Source: Myxococcota bacterium
GTDB lineage: Bacteria; Myxococcota_A; UBA796; SXON01
NCBI GenBank assembly: GCA_040386535.1
Contig: JAZKFH010000002.1
Span: 219,678-283,677 of the forward strand
DNA: 64,000 nt
Direction: 5' to 3'
Numbering within the stretch: the stretch's first letter is position 1; every line of letters starts with the position of its first letter. The notes under the pieces were generated by a model. It saw only the letters and a list, made by a program, of their open reading frames with translations. It did no database searches and was not told the DNA's origin. A program made the position numbers and the translations under genes. This document shows positions 28,418 through 38,191 of the stretch, in pieces.

Positions 28418-29352
28418 GCGGCCGCTTCAAAAGTGTCTTCGAGAACTTCTGGTTCCCCGCTTGGCCCGCGGCGAGGCTCGGGGTGTTGCGCGTCCTGCTG
28501 GGCCTCTACGTGCTCCAGGACCTGGTCCGGGTGCGGCGCGCCGCGCACACCCTGAGCGACGGGGATCCCCTCTTGTGGGACCCCGTGGGCGTCACCACGT
28601 TGCTCGCCGGGCCCCTCGCCCCGGCCCAATGGCACACCGTCTACGACGCGACCATCGGGTTGTGTCTGCTCTTCATCCTCGGCGCCGGGTGGCGTGTCAT
28701 CGGTCCGCTGTTCGCGGGCTTCCTGCTCTTTTCGTGGACCTACCGCGTTTCGTGGCAGATGATCTACCACGTGCACCACCTCACGATGTTGCACGTCCTC
28801 GTCGTGGCGGCGGCCCCCGCGGCCGCGGCGGTGTCGGTGGACGCGTGGTGGGGCAGCCGGCGTGGCAGGCCCGCCCCCGCCCCTTCCTGGCGGTTCGGCT
28901 GGCCGGTGCGGCTGGTGTGTGTCGTGACCGCGATCCTGTACTGCCTCGCCGGCGTGGCAAAGGTACAGCTGGCGGGCTGGGGCTGGGCGGACGGGCACAA
29001 CCTGCTCGATCAAATCGCCTACGACGGGCTCTACAAGGGCCTGCTCGGGCGCGACGACCGGGACATGCCCTCGCCCCTCATCGCCTACGCGTTCTCGTAC
29101 GCCTGGCTGCTCGGCCCCGCCGCGACGGGCTCCTTGATGGTCGAGCTGGGCGCGCCCATCGCGCTCCTCCACCGTCGCATCGGCTACGCGTGGTCGCTCG
29201 CGGCCATCGGGATGCACTGGGGCATCCACCTGTTCATGAACCTCGTGTTCCCCTACCCGATCTCCGGGATGGCGTTCCTGTCGTTCTTCCCGCTCGAGAA
29301 GCTCCTGCCGGCGCGGTGGCGGGGTGACACTACGGAAGCGGCTTCCGGGTGA
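28414..29352 (+). CDS. HTTM-domain membrane protein (vitamin K-dependent gamma-carboxylase-like TM domain)
   Basis: 'ARLGVLRVLLG', 'SVDAWW', 'WPVRLV..LYCLAGVAKV...W.DG', 'VELGAP', 'MHWGIHLFM'. Confidence 0.8.
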   Translation: MSGRFKSVFENFWFPAWPAARLGVLRVLLGLYVLQDLVRVRRAAHTLSDGDPLLWDPVGVTTLLAGPLAPAQWHTVYDATIGLCLLFILGAGWRVIGPLFAGFLLFSWTYRVSWQMIYHVHHLTMLHVLVVAAAPAAAAVSVDAWWGSRRGRPAPAPSWRFGWPVRLVCVVTAILYCLAGVAKVQLAGWGWADGHNLLDQIAYDGLYKGLLGRDDRDMPSPLIAYAFSYAWLLGPAATGSLMVELGAPIALLHRRIGYAWSLAAIGMHWGIHLFMNLVFPYPISGMAFLSFFPLEKLLPARWRGDTTEAASG

Positions 29353-29632
29353 CCGGGTCCCGCGGCGGCGAGTTGCCACACCAGTTGCCGCCACCGACAC
29401 ACCCGTAGACCTTGCCCTCGGCGTCGTAGATCACCTCGTCCTGGATCCAGCCACCGGCCGGCGCCACCTCCTCTGCGATCACCTCCTCGACCGCCGGCTC
29501 GGGCGGCGGGGCCACGGGCACCTCGACGGGAGGCGGCGGGGACGGCGTGGAGACGTCGGCCTCTTCGGGGCCGCCGGAGCACGCGAGGATGGAGACCACG
29601 AGGGCGAGGGAGAGAGCGAGGCGGGCGTACAT
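29330..29632 (-). CDS. Small Pro-rich lipoprotein
   Basis: Lipobox 'VSILAC-SGG', Pro/Glu linker, C-terminal Cys pair. Confidence 0.7.
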   Translation of the reverse strand: MYARLALSLALVVSILACSGGPEEADVSTPSPPPPVEVPVAPPPEPAVEEVIAEEVAPAGGWIQDEVIYDAEGKVYGCVGGGNWCGNSPPRDPVTRKPLP

Positions 29633-29710
29633 GCGCGCCAAGCTACCTCGGCGCGGGCACCGGGTCCTTGCCTGGGACTGTCACCGGCGGCAGAAGTCCG
29701 TTCGGACCGA

Positions 29711-32116
29711 TCACTGCACGGTGACCCGCGCCGTGTTCGAGCCGATCGGCGTGAACGGCACGCGGGCCTCGAAGTGGTGCTCCCCCGGCGTGAGTGGCCA
29801 GCGCACGGTGTAGGGCGCGTCGACCACCGCGAAGGGCTCCCCATCGACATACCAGAGCAGCTGGGCGACCGGGGGCTCGACGGTGGCCTCGAGCGCGAGG
29901 GTGGCCCGGCCGGCCCGCGCCTCGGGGTCTCGCACCACGTGTTGGCCGTCGGCGGGCGCGAGGACGCGGACCACCGGAGCCTCGTGTTTCAGGGACGAGG
30001 CACGCGTTCCGCTCGGCGCGACAGGCGGACGAGGCAAGCCGGCGCGTGCCTGCCAGGCGGCGAAGCGGGCCGGCAGATCGACGAAGATCTCGGCGCGGAC
30101 GAAGCGCCCGGGGGTGGCGGCGGTGGCGGGGCGGCCGTCGCGCGTGTCGATGGCGAGGCGTTGGTGGGCGGCGCACGGATCGGCGGGCACCTCGACCGGG
30201 GTGAACCACTCGTTCACGGCGCGCGGGCACGCGTCCCCCGCGCGCTGGCCGGTGAGCGGGCACACACGGGCCGCGACCTGGCCGGGCGGCGGCGGAAACG
30301 TGAGGTCGGCGAGGCCGTCTCCCTGGTCGTGGTGCAGGTCGAGGAGCACCTGCTGGGCGACCTCGGCGGCCGCGCTGAAGCCGCCCAGGCGGGCCATCGG
30401 CGCGCTCGTCGGGTCCCCCACCCACACGCCCACCAGCCAGCGGGACGACCACGCCATCGTCCACGCGTCGCGGTAGTCGGCGGAGGTGCCGGTCTTGACC
30501 GCGACGGGGAACGGGTACTCGGTGGCGCCCATGCGCGGGAAGCTGGGGAGGCGCGCCATCGGGTCGGCGAGGTAGAGCGCGATGCGACGCACGGTCGCCT
30601 CGGAGAGCACGCGGGGCGCGGGTGTGGCGGGGGTGCCGCGGCGCCACGCGAGGCGCTGGAGGTGGCCATCGCCGGCGAGGGCCGCGTAGGCGGTGACGAG
30701 GTGTTCGAGGGTGACGGGGAGGCCGCCGATGGCGAGGCCGAGGCCGTAATGGCGCGCGGGGAGCTCGTCGGCATGCAGGCCCAGCTCGCGGAGGAAGGCG
30801 TACCCCTCTTCGAGGCCGATGCGGTCGAGCACGTCGACGGCGGGGACGTTGCGCGAGTTGGCGAGCGCCTGGCGAGGCAGGAGCGGGCCGAGGGAGGCGG
30901 CGTCTGCGTTCTCGATGGCGTCGGGGCCGCGGCCGATGTCGTCGAGCACGGTGGCGGGGGTGAGAAGCCCCCGATCGAGCGCGAGCGCGTAGAAGAAGGG
31001 CTTGAGCGTGCTGCCCGGGCTGCGCGGCGTGCGCGTGTAGTCGATGGCGCCGGCGCGCGCGGCGTCGTCGTAGTCGGCGGACCCGACCGAAGCGTGCACC
31101 TCGCCGGTGGCGCGATCGACGACCATGACGGCGGCGTTGGGGGCGCCCGCCCAGTCGGCCAGGGCGTCGCGGGTGATCGTCGTTACGCGCTGTTGCAGCG
31201 CGAGGTCGAGGGTCGTGTCGACGAGCGGGTCGGCGCGGTCGAGCGTCTGCGCGAGGCGGAGCACGACGTGGAGGGCCTCGGGGGGCCGGCGGCCCTTGTC
31301 GGGGATGCGCAGGGCATGAAGCTCGCTCCTCGCGAGGGCGAGCTCGGCATCGGTGAGGAGGGCCTCGGCATGGAGGTGCGTGAGGATGCGGCCGGCGCGG
31401 GCGACGGCGCGGGCGCGGCCCGCCGGATCGAAGGGGTTGGTGCGGCTCGGGGCCTGCGGGAGCGCGCAGAGGAACGCGGTCTCGGCCCAGGAGAGGTCAG
31501 CCACGGGCTTGTCGAGGTACCGGCGTGCCGCGTACGCGATGCCGTGGATGTTGTTGCCGTACGGCGCGAGGCGCAGGTATTGGGCGAGGATGGCGTCGCG
31601 GCCGTAGCGGGCGGTGAGGAGCACGGCGGTGACGGCCTCGACGGCCTTGCGGGGCAGCGTGCGCGGGCCGGGATCCTGCATGCGGGCCACCTGCATCGCG
31701 AGCGTGGAGGCGCCCGAGAGCGTGGTGCCGGCAGTGAGGTTCTGGCGCACGGCGCGCGCGATGGCGAGGGGGTCGACGCCGGGGTGGGTGCGGAAGCGGT
31801 GGTCTTCGAGGGCAAGGGTGGCGGCGACGACGCGGGCGGGGAGGGCGTGGTCGGGGGCTGATGGGGCGCCTGCCTGGGGCGCCACGGGCCAGTAGCCGTA
31901 GCCTTCGGCTTGGGGGGCGCCGACCTCACCGAGGAAGGCGCCGTGCCGATCGCGGAGGAGCAGGGTCGCGGGGGGATCGTGGAGGTGGGCGCGGGGGGCG
32001 GCGAGGGCGAGGAGGAGGACGAGCGGGAGAGCGGCGAGGAGGAGTCGCCGGGTCCAGGGGCGCGGGGCGGCGCGGGATGTGGAGCGCCCTCGCCAGGTGA
32101 CAAGTCGTAAGGTCAG
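29711..32116 (-). CDS. pbpC: Penicillin-binding protein 1C
   Basis: Transglycosylase 'EDHRF..HPGVD', 'GASTLAMQVAR', 'APYGNNIHG'. Transpeptidase 'STLK', 'SRN', 'KTGT'. C-terminal Ig-like domain. The frame stays open upstream of the track's GTG 31885 through a TM helix, so the start is tentatively CTG 32116. Confidence 0.9.
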   Translation of the reverse strand: MTLRLVTWRGRSTSRAAPRPWTRRLLLAALPLVLLLALAAPRAHLHDPPATLLLRDRHGAFLGEVGAPQAEGYGYWPVAPQAGAPSAPDHALPARVVAATLALEDHRFRTHPGVDPLAIARAVRQNLTAGTTLSGASTLAMQVARMQDPGPRTLPRKAVEAVTAVLLTARYGRDAILAQYLRLAPYGNNIHGIAYAARRYLDKPVADLSWAETAFLCALPQAPSRTNPFDPAGRARAVARAGRILTHLHAEALLTDAELALARSELHALRIPDKGRRPPEALHVVLRLAQTLDRADPLVDTTLDLALQQRVTTITRDALADWAGAPNAAVMVVDRATGEVHASVGSADYDDAARAGAIDYTRTPRSPGSTLKPFFYALALDRGLLTPATVLDDIGRGPDAIENADAASLGPLLPRQALANSRNVPAVDVLDRIGLEEGYAFLRELGLHADELPARHYGLGLAIGGLPVTLEHLVTAYAALAGDGHLQRLAWRRGTPATPAPRVLSEATVRRIALYLADPMARLPSFPRMGATEYPFPVAVKTGTSADYRDAWTMAWSSRWLVGVWVGDPTSAPMARLGGFSAAAEVAQQVLLDLHHDQGDGLADLTFPPPPGQVAARVCPLTGQRAGDACPRAVNEWFTPVEVPADPCAAHQRLAIDTRDGRPATAATPGRFVRAEIFVDLPARFAAWQARAGLPRPPVAPSGTRASSLKHEAPVVRVLAPADGQHVVRDPEARAGRATLALEATVEPPVAQLLWYVDGEPFAVVDAPYTVRWPLTPGEHHFEARVPFTPIGSNTARVTVQ

Positions 32117-32178
32117 ACCCCCTCCTCTGATTCTCGGCGTTCGCCTGTCGCAGGTGATAAGTCGTAAGGTCAGACCCC
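32094..32178. repeat. 28-bp direct repeat, 2 copies (32094-32121, 32151-32178), period 57 bp
   Basis: caggtga[c/t]aagtcgtaaggtcagacccc, one mismatch, lying between the A2M stop and the pbpC TM-coding region. Confidence 0.9.
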
Positions 32179-32185
32179 TTCCGGT

Positions 32186-35100
32186 TTACTCGATGACCAC
32201 GCGGGCGCCTGCCGACCAGCCGGTGACCGTCGCGTCGTACAGGCGCACCGCGCGGGCCGGGGGCTGGACGAAGTCGCCGGTCACGGTGGCGCGGGCGCGG
32301 AAGGCGAGGTCGTAGGTGCCCTTCGGCAGGGACTCGTAGTAGTAGATCACCACGTCGTCGCGCCAGTCCGCATAGGTCGGCGCGCGGGTCGTGCGGGTGC
32401 GCGGGGTGGCCTCGGGGGGCGCGGTCGCGAGGCGGGGGTTGAGCGGCTCGAGGCCCGCGGCGAGGGGCACCTCGATCGCGACGTAGGTGCGATCCTCGGG
32501 GACCACGACCTGCACACGATCCTCGACGATGGCCCCCTTCCCCACCTTCACGCGCGCGCCCGCCACGAGCTCCACCTTGTCGCCCGGCCCGTCCTCCCGC
32601 ACGATCTCGAGCGTCCGCGCCACGACGAACCCGTTCGCCGCCGCCGCGACCTGCCCGCCGTCGGCCTGCGGCAGGTAGCGCGTGTCCACGCGCACCACGA
32701 CGTTGGCGCCGGAGGCCCGGGCCACGGCGGATCCGGCGGTGCGCGACGTGTTGACGCCGACCGCGCCCGAACCACCCGGCGCGATCTCCAACACCCGCCC
32801 GTCCTCCGTGACCTCGACCTTCCACTTCCCCGCCCGCGCCGAGAGCCCGTCCGCGAGCGCGAGCATCGCCTCTGCGTTGGCGTTGGTGCTGCCCCAGCCG
32901 TCGCCCTGCCCGAGCGTCACCAGCGCGTCCTTCAGGACCGCGAGCTTGGGGTGGTCCGGCGCCACCCGGGCCAGCGCCCGCGCGATCCGGGCGACGGTGC
33001 GGGTCTCGCTCGGCAACACCCGGCCACTCCGCGCCTGCCGCGTCCCCGGCACCCCCGCGTACACGACCCGCCCCTGCCAGAGCCGCGTGAGCACGCCGTC
33101 GCCGAGGAGCGTCGCGAGCCCGCGCGTGACCGGGCCCCCGCCGGACGCGCCGGCGCCCTGGCCGCCCTGGGCGCCCGCGATCACCACGCTCGCCACGCCC
33201 TCCGCGTCGAGGAACGTGGCGGTGCGTGCCAACTCCGCGAAGTAGGCCGCGTCGAAGCGCCCAGAGGCCGCGAGCGCTTCGAGCGCCATGGCGCGCTCGA
33301 CGTAGGCCTCGCCGTCCACAAAACCGCCGCCCCCGGAGCCGCCGTAGTCGGAGCGGAGCGCCTGGGCGAGCGCGTCGCCGAGGGTGCGCAGCAGCGCGTC
33401 GTCCACCGCGCGGCCGGCCGCCTTGGCCTCGACCAGGAACTGCATCGCCCACGCCGTGAGCGACACGGTCCCGTCGGTGCCGGGCCACTGGGCCACACGC
33501 CCACGCCCATCGACCACGCCCGGGAGCCACGCCAACGTATCGGCGACCGCACGATCCGTGCGCGCGTCCGCGTCGGTCAGGCCAATGCCGCCACGCAGGA
33601 CGCCCAGCGCGAGGTAGGCGCGCGCGCGGCTGATGCGCGCCTCGGTCGTGCCGTAGGGGTACGCCTCGAAGAAGTCCAGCGCGCCCACCATCCGGACCAC
33701 CGCGGCGTCGTCACTGGCGAGCCATGACCGGAGGAGCGTGCCCGGCCGCGCCGCCTCGGTGATCCCCGGCACGTTGGCGACCCCGCCCGCGGCGACGTCG
33801 TAGAGGTCCCGGCGCACAACCATCTCGCGGTCGGCCCGGATCGGGAGGGACACCTCGAAGGCGTCGGTGGCGCCGTCCGCGGTGCGCCCCACGCCCATGC
33901 GCACGAGCACGGCGGCGCGCGCCGGCTTGCCGTCCGCCGTCCACCCCGGCGTCGCGACGGTGACCGGGAACGCCACGGTCGTGGCCGCGTTCGGGTCGAG
34001 CGCGATCTTCGCCGTCGCTTCTCCCTTGGCGTTCGCCCCCTCCACCACGAGGCCGTCCGCCTTGATCCCGGCGGTGCCTGACCCGCCGGCGCCCTCGACC
34101 ACGCGGGCCACGCCGGTGGCGACGAAGCGATCGCCCGGCCGCACGAAGCGCGGGAGCGCGGGCTGCACGAGCACGGGCAGGCGCACGGCGATCTCGGAGG
34201 TGCCGACACCGAAGCGGTCGGGCCCGGCCGCGGCCTTCGCGCGGATCTTGAACACGGTCAGGTCGTCGGGCAGCTTCACCTGCACGGTGCGTACGCCGTC
34301 GGCCCCGATCTCCAGCGCCGCCTCGTAGAACGGAACGGACTGGAAGTTGCGACGCACGGCCGCGCGCTCCAGGGGGTTCTCCTCCTCCCCGCCGCCGTCG
34401 CCCCCGGGCATCTCCGCGAACGGGATGCGTCCGAACGCGAGGTTGCGCGTGTCACGCAGGGTCAGGAACGAGCGCACCGCGGTGATGAAGTCGGGGAGCG
34501 GATCGAGGCGCTGCTCCCGGGCGAGCGTGAGCACCGCCTGATCGACCAACCACAACGTCACCTCCCCCGCCACGGGCTTGCCCTTCGGCGTCGTGAGCTT
34601 CACGGTGATGGGCACGGTCTGGCCGGGCGTGGCGCGGTTGGGGTTCTCGACCTTCACCACCACCGTGTTCTCGACCGGGTTGACGGTGAGCCACGTGGTG
34701 CTCGCGAGCGTGGCGGGCTTGCCGAGGTCGGTCGTGCTCTTTCCGACGGGCTCCGTGCCGGGCACACGCCCGCGCATCAGGACCACGTGGATGGGGATGC
34801 GCGGCACCCACGTCGGCTCGATCGGCACGCGGATGGTCGCAGAGCCGCCGGAGACGGTGGCCCACTGGTAGCGGTTGCCCTCGGGGGCCTCTACGATCAC
34901 GAGCGCGTCGGCCTTCTGGAAGGGGCTCTGCACCACGAGCGTGGCGCTGGCGCCCGGGTCGTACGTGGCCCGATCCGTCGCGACCGTGAACACGCCCGCC
35001 TGCGGCTTCTGCCACGCGACGGGGTCCGCGCCCCCGACGTAGAGGTCTACCTTGACGACCTGCGCGCGGCCGAGCCGATCGCGGCTCTCGATCTCCACGA

Positions 35101-38100
35101 TGTAGACGCCGGCCTGCGCGCCCGAGGCCGAGGTGACCGGCAACGCGAGCTTCGTCGGGTTCACGTCGCTGGTCACGACGGTCTCCGACACCTTCTCGTC
35201 GACCACGTCGGTCACGTAGCGGGCCTTGCCGTCGGAGAAGTCGCTCGCCTGGAGGTGGCTGTCCCAGCGCCGCGCGAACAGGCGCACGGTCACGGCCTGG
35301 CCGGCCTTCGCCTTGCCGTCGACGCCCGCCACCACGAGCTCCGCGGGGATGGTGGCCGCGCGCTCCAGGTACCGGGGCACCTTGAGGCCGAGCACGAACG
35401 CGGGCACCGCCTCGACGCGCTTCGTCGTCGTGACCGTCTGGTCGTCCTCCCCCGTCACGGTCGCCTCTACGACGTAGGTGCGGGGCTGCGCGGTGGGCTC
35501 GATGGCTGGGTCGAGCACGATGCTGGCGCCGCCCTCGGCGTCGGTCGCGCCCTCGGACTCGAAGCGCGGGGTGGCGTCGAAGCGCGCGTCGCCGGAGTAA
35601 CGCGCGTCGGACGACCACATGAAGCCGTCGCGGCCCCGCGAGCCGAGCGCCGGCGGGGTGTACGTGGCGGGGAACTGCGTGACGCGCCACCGCACGGGCT
35701 GCCCGGCCACGCGGCCGCCCGCGAAGTACGACGCCACCAGCTTCACGTCGAAGGGGCCGTCCAGCGGCGTCGTGTCCGGCGCGTGGAGGTTCGCCTCGAA
35801 CGTCGGGAGTCGGTAGGCCTCCATCTGGAAGCTCATGCGCCCGCACGAGACGCCTGCCGTGGGCCCGGCCTCGCCCTCGTAGTGGGCCTGGTAGGTGCCG
35901 CTCGGCAGGTCGGCCTCGGCGAACTTCACGTAGAATCCGCCGGCGGCGGTCGTCGTCACCGGGAGTCGCCACGCGAGATCGCCCGGCCCCTCCACGACCA
36001 CCCGCCCGGGCCCCTGGATGGGGGTGAGCACGCCCTTCTCGCGCTTGCGAAGCCAACCCTTCAGGTGCACCGCGTCTTCGGGTCGGTACATCGGCCGCTC
36101 CGAGAACAACGTGCACAGGTTCGCCGGCTTGGGTCCGCGGCCCGAGAGGTTGGCAAAACCCCATTGCATCCAGTCGCCCGAGGTCGCCTGCCAGTGGTTG
36201 TCGGCGAAGCTCGCGGGCGGCCGGTCCGCGTCGAGGACGAGGCGATCCGCGCCCTTCTCGACGACGATGCGGCGAAGGCGCGAGCGCACGTCGGTGACGA
36301 CGTTGCCCGGGGCGTTCCAGGTAAAGGCGCCGTCGCCGGTGGTGCGACCGGACGCGAGGCGCTCCCAGGTCGTGTTCCCGTCGCGCGACACCCCGCCTTC
36401 GAGCCGCACCTCGGCGCCCGCGATGGGGCTCCCCGACGCGAGCGAGGTCACGACGAACCGTACGCCGTCGGTCTCCTCAATCGTGGTGAGCGTCAAATCG
36501 GTCACCTGGACACGCAGCCAGGAGCGCGCCGTAGTGCCGTCGAGCGGGCGCACGCCGACGAGGTAGGCGCCGGGCGTCCCCTTGCCGGCGAGCTCGGCGA
36601 GGTGCGGCGCGAGATCGAGGCCGAACGTGGCGGCGTCGCGATCGTCGCCGAGCGGGAGCGGCACGATCTTCGAGATGCCGGGGGAGCCCAGGAGCGCGAT
36701 GCGGGTCATGACCTCCTCGCGCCCGGGCGACGAGAGCGCCTCGGTGTGTTCGTCGGGCTCCTCGCCGGGGCCCGGGGGCCGCGCCGCCTCGTCGATCGAC
36801 ACGCCGTTCTGCGGCCAGGGCCAGAAGCTCCGGTCGAGAGAATCGATCGCATAGATGCGTAGATCCACACGTTCCTGCCCGCGCCCCTCCATCGGGACGA
36901 GCTGCGGGCCGTAGCGCTCTACGAGCCCCTCGCCCGCGACGAAGCGCAGGTAGTCCTCGCGCCGCGGGAACCAGAGCGGCACCATGCTCTCCCCGGTGAG
37001 CTCGAGGGCGCGCCCGTCCACGTCCACCAGCGGGGTCGGCACCACGGTCACGCGGTACGCCGTTTCCTGGGCAAATCGACCACTTACCTCCAGACGTTTG
37101 CCGGCGAGCGCGAAGGTCAGATCGGCCACCTCGGGCTCGAACCGCAGCAGGTTGCGCGCCTCGACCGGGCCCACGCCGGCGGGCCGGGCGGTGAACTCGA
37201 CGACCACGGTGCGGCGGCCGGAGGCGCACGCGAGCGCCTGGTCCTCGGCGTACACGACGCCGGCGGGGGTGACGGGGAGGAGGCGATCGCCGCAGCCGAG
37301 GCGGGCCAAGCGGAAGGGCTCGGCGGTGGCGAACGAGACGTCCGCCACGGACTCGGTGGCCGCGTCGTCCCGGGAGAGGCGGAAGTGCACGATGGCGCGG
37401 GTGCCGAGCGGGATCGGGGCGTCGAGCGTGAGGACGTAGCGGTGGCCGGAGTTCGCGACCGTGACGATCTCCGAGGACGAGCCCGTGTCGCTCGAGCCGC
37501 CCGAGTCGCCCGAACCCTCCGAGCCCGTGTCAGCGCTCCCTGTGTCCTCGGTCCCCGCCTCGCCGCCCGCGTCCGGCGGGCTCCAGGACCGGCCCTCCGG
37601 CGGGGTCTCCTCCATCGCCTTGACGCGGAAGTCGGCATTCCCGAGCCAGCGCGCGGCCTTCGCGTCCACCCCGGGCAGCGGGCGCAGCTCGATGGACACC
37701 ATGCGCGCGAGCGCGGAGGGATCGAGGCGCTCGGTGAACGTGAGCGTGATCGTCTCGACCGGGCCGAGGCCCTCGGCCCCGTCCACCGGGAGCGTGGCGC
37801 TCGGCGGCGTCATCAACGTCGCGACCTCGGTGGTGCGGCCGTCGACCGTCCACGCGTACCGCGCCAGCGCCGGCCACATCTCGGCGGGCCGGAATTGCAG
37901 GGTCTTGCCGTCGAGCCAGGTCCACGCGCCGGGGTGGTCGGGCGTGACGCGGACGAACCGTTCGGGCGCGTCCTCGGGGCCGCCCGCCGCGGGGCCGCGC
38001 GCGCTGTCGAAGAAGATGGTGACGGGATCCCAGGCTCGTACGAAACGATCCGGCACCACGACGGTGCCCTGCGCGGCGAAGGGGCGCTGGGCGATGGCGC

Positions 38101-38191
38101 GCAAGGCCGGCGAGCTGGCGATGGCGACACCGCCGAGCAGGAACACGATCAGCGCGAGGAGGAGGCGGGAGCGGGTGAAGAGCGCGCTCAT
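32186..38191 (-). CDS. Bacterial alpha-2-macroglobulin family protein (about 2000 aa), thioester motif absent
   Basis: MG2 'FSERPMYRPED.VHLKG', 'TDRATYDPG', 'VRRNF...VKLPDDLTVF', 'LPRFVRPGD', 'YPYGTTEA', C-terminal 'RATVTGDFVQPPA'. Adjacent to pbpC. ATGA-coupled start at 38191. Confidence 0.92.
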   Translation of the reverse strand: MSALFTRSRLLLALIVFLLGGVAIASSPALRAIAQRPFAAQGTVVVPDRFVRAWDPVTIFFDSARGPAAGGPEDAPERFVRVTPDHPGAWTWLDGKTLQFRPAEMWPALARYAWTVDGRTTEVATLMTPPSATLPVDGAEGLGPVETITLTFTERLDPSALARMVSIELRPLPGVDAKAARWLGNADFRVKAMEETPPEGRSWSPPDAGGEAGTEDTGSADTGSEGSGDSGGSSDTGSSSEIVTVANSGHRYVLTLDAPIPLGTRAIVHFRLSRDDAATESVADVSFATAEPFRLARLGCGDRLLPVTPAGVVYAEDQALACASGRRTVVVEFTARPAGVGPVEARNLLRFEPEVADLTFALAGKRLEVSGRFAQETAYRVTVVPTPLVDVDGRALELTGESMVPLWFPRREDYLRFVAGEGLVERYGPQLVPMEGRGQERVDLRIYAIDSLDRSFWPWPQNGVSIDEAARPPGPGEEPDEHTEALSSPGREEVMTRIALLGSPGISKIVPLPLGDDRDAATFGLDLAPHLAELAGKGTPGAYLVGVRPLDGTTARSWLRVQVTDLTLTTIEETDGVRFVVTSLASGSPIAGAEVRLEGGVSRDGNTTWERLASGRTTGDGAFTWNAPGNVVTDVRSRLRRIVVEKGADRLVLDADRPPASFADNHWQATSGDWMQWGFANLSGRGPKPANLCTLFSERPMYRPEDAVHLKGWLRKREKGVLTPIQGPGRVVVEGPGDLAWRLPVTTTAAGGFYVKFAEADLPSGTYQAHYEGEAGPTAGVSCGRMSFQMEAYRLPTFEANLHAPDTTPLDGPFDVKLVASYFAGGRVAGQPVRWRVTQFPATYTPPALGSRGRDGFMWSSDARYSGDARFDATPRFESEGATDAEGGASIVLDPAIEPTAQPRTYVVEATVTGEDDQTVTTTKRVEAVPAFVLGLKVPRYLERAATIPAELVVAGVDGKAKAGQAVTVRLFARRWDSHLQASDFSDGKARYVTDVVDEKVSETVVTSDVNPTKLALPVTSASGAQAGVYIVEIESRDRLGRAQVVKVDLYVGGADPVAWQKPQAGVFTVATDRATYDPGASATLVVQSPFQKADALVIVEAPEGNRYQWATVSGGSATIRVPIEPTWVPRIPIHVVLMRGRVPGTEPVGKSTTDLGKPATLASTTWLTVNPVENTVVVKVENPNRATPGQTVPITVKLTTPKGKPVAGEVTLWLVDQAVLTLAREQRLDPLPDFITAVRSFLTLRDTRNLAFGRIPFAEMPGGDGGGEEENPLERAAVRRNFQSVPFYEAALEIGADGVRTVQVKLPDDLTVFKIRAKAAAGPDRFGVGTSEIAVRLPVLVQPALPRFVRPGDRFVATGVARVVEGAGGSGTAGIKADGLVVEGANAKGEATAKIALDPNAATTVAFPVTVATPGWTADGKPARAAVLVRMGVGRTADGATDAFEVSLPIRADREMVVRRDLYDVAAGGVANVPGITEAARPGTLLRSWLASDDAAVVRMVGALDFFEAYPYGTTEARISRARAYLALGVLRGGIGLTDADARTDRAVADTLAWLPGVVDGRGRVAQWPGTDGTVSLTAWAMQFLVEAKAAGRAVDDALLRTLGDALAQALRSDYGGSGGGGFVDGEAYVERAMALEALAASGRFDAAYFAELARTATFLDAEGVASVVIAGAQGGQGAGASGGGPVTRGLATLLGDGVLTRLWQGRVVYAGVPGTRQARSGRVLPSETRTVARIARALARVAPDHPKLAVLKDALVTLGQGDGWGSTNANAEAMLALADGLSARAGKWKVEVTEDGRVLEIAPGGSGAVGVNTSRTAGSAVARASGANVVVRVDTRYLPQADGGQVAAAANGFVVARTLEIVREDGPGDKVELVAGARVKVGKGAIVEDRVQVVVPEDRTYVAIEVPLAAGLEPLNPRLATAPPEATPRTRTTRAPTYADWRDDVVIYYYESLPKGTYDLAFRARATVTGDFVQPPARAVRLYDATVTGWSAGARVVIE

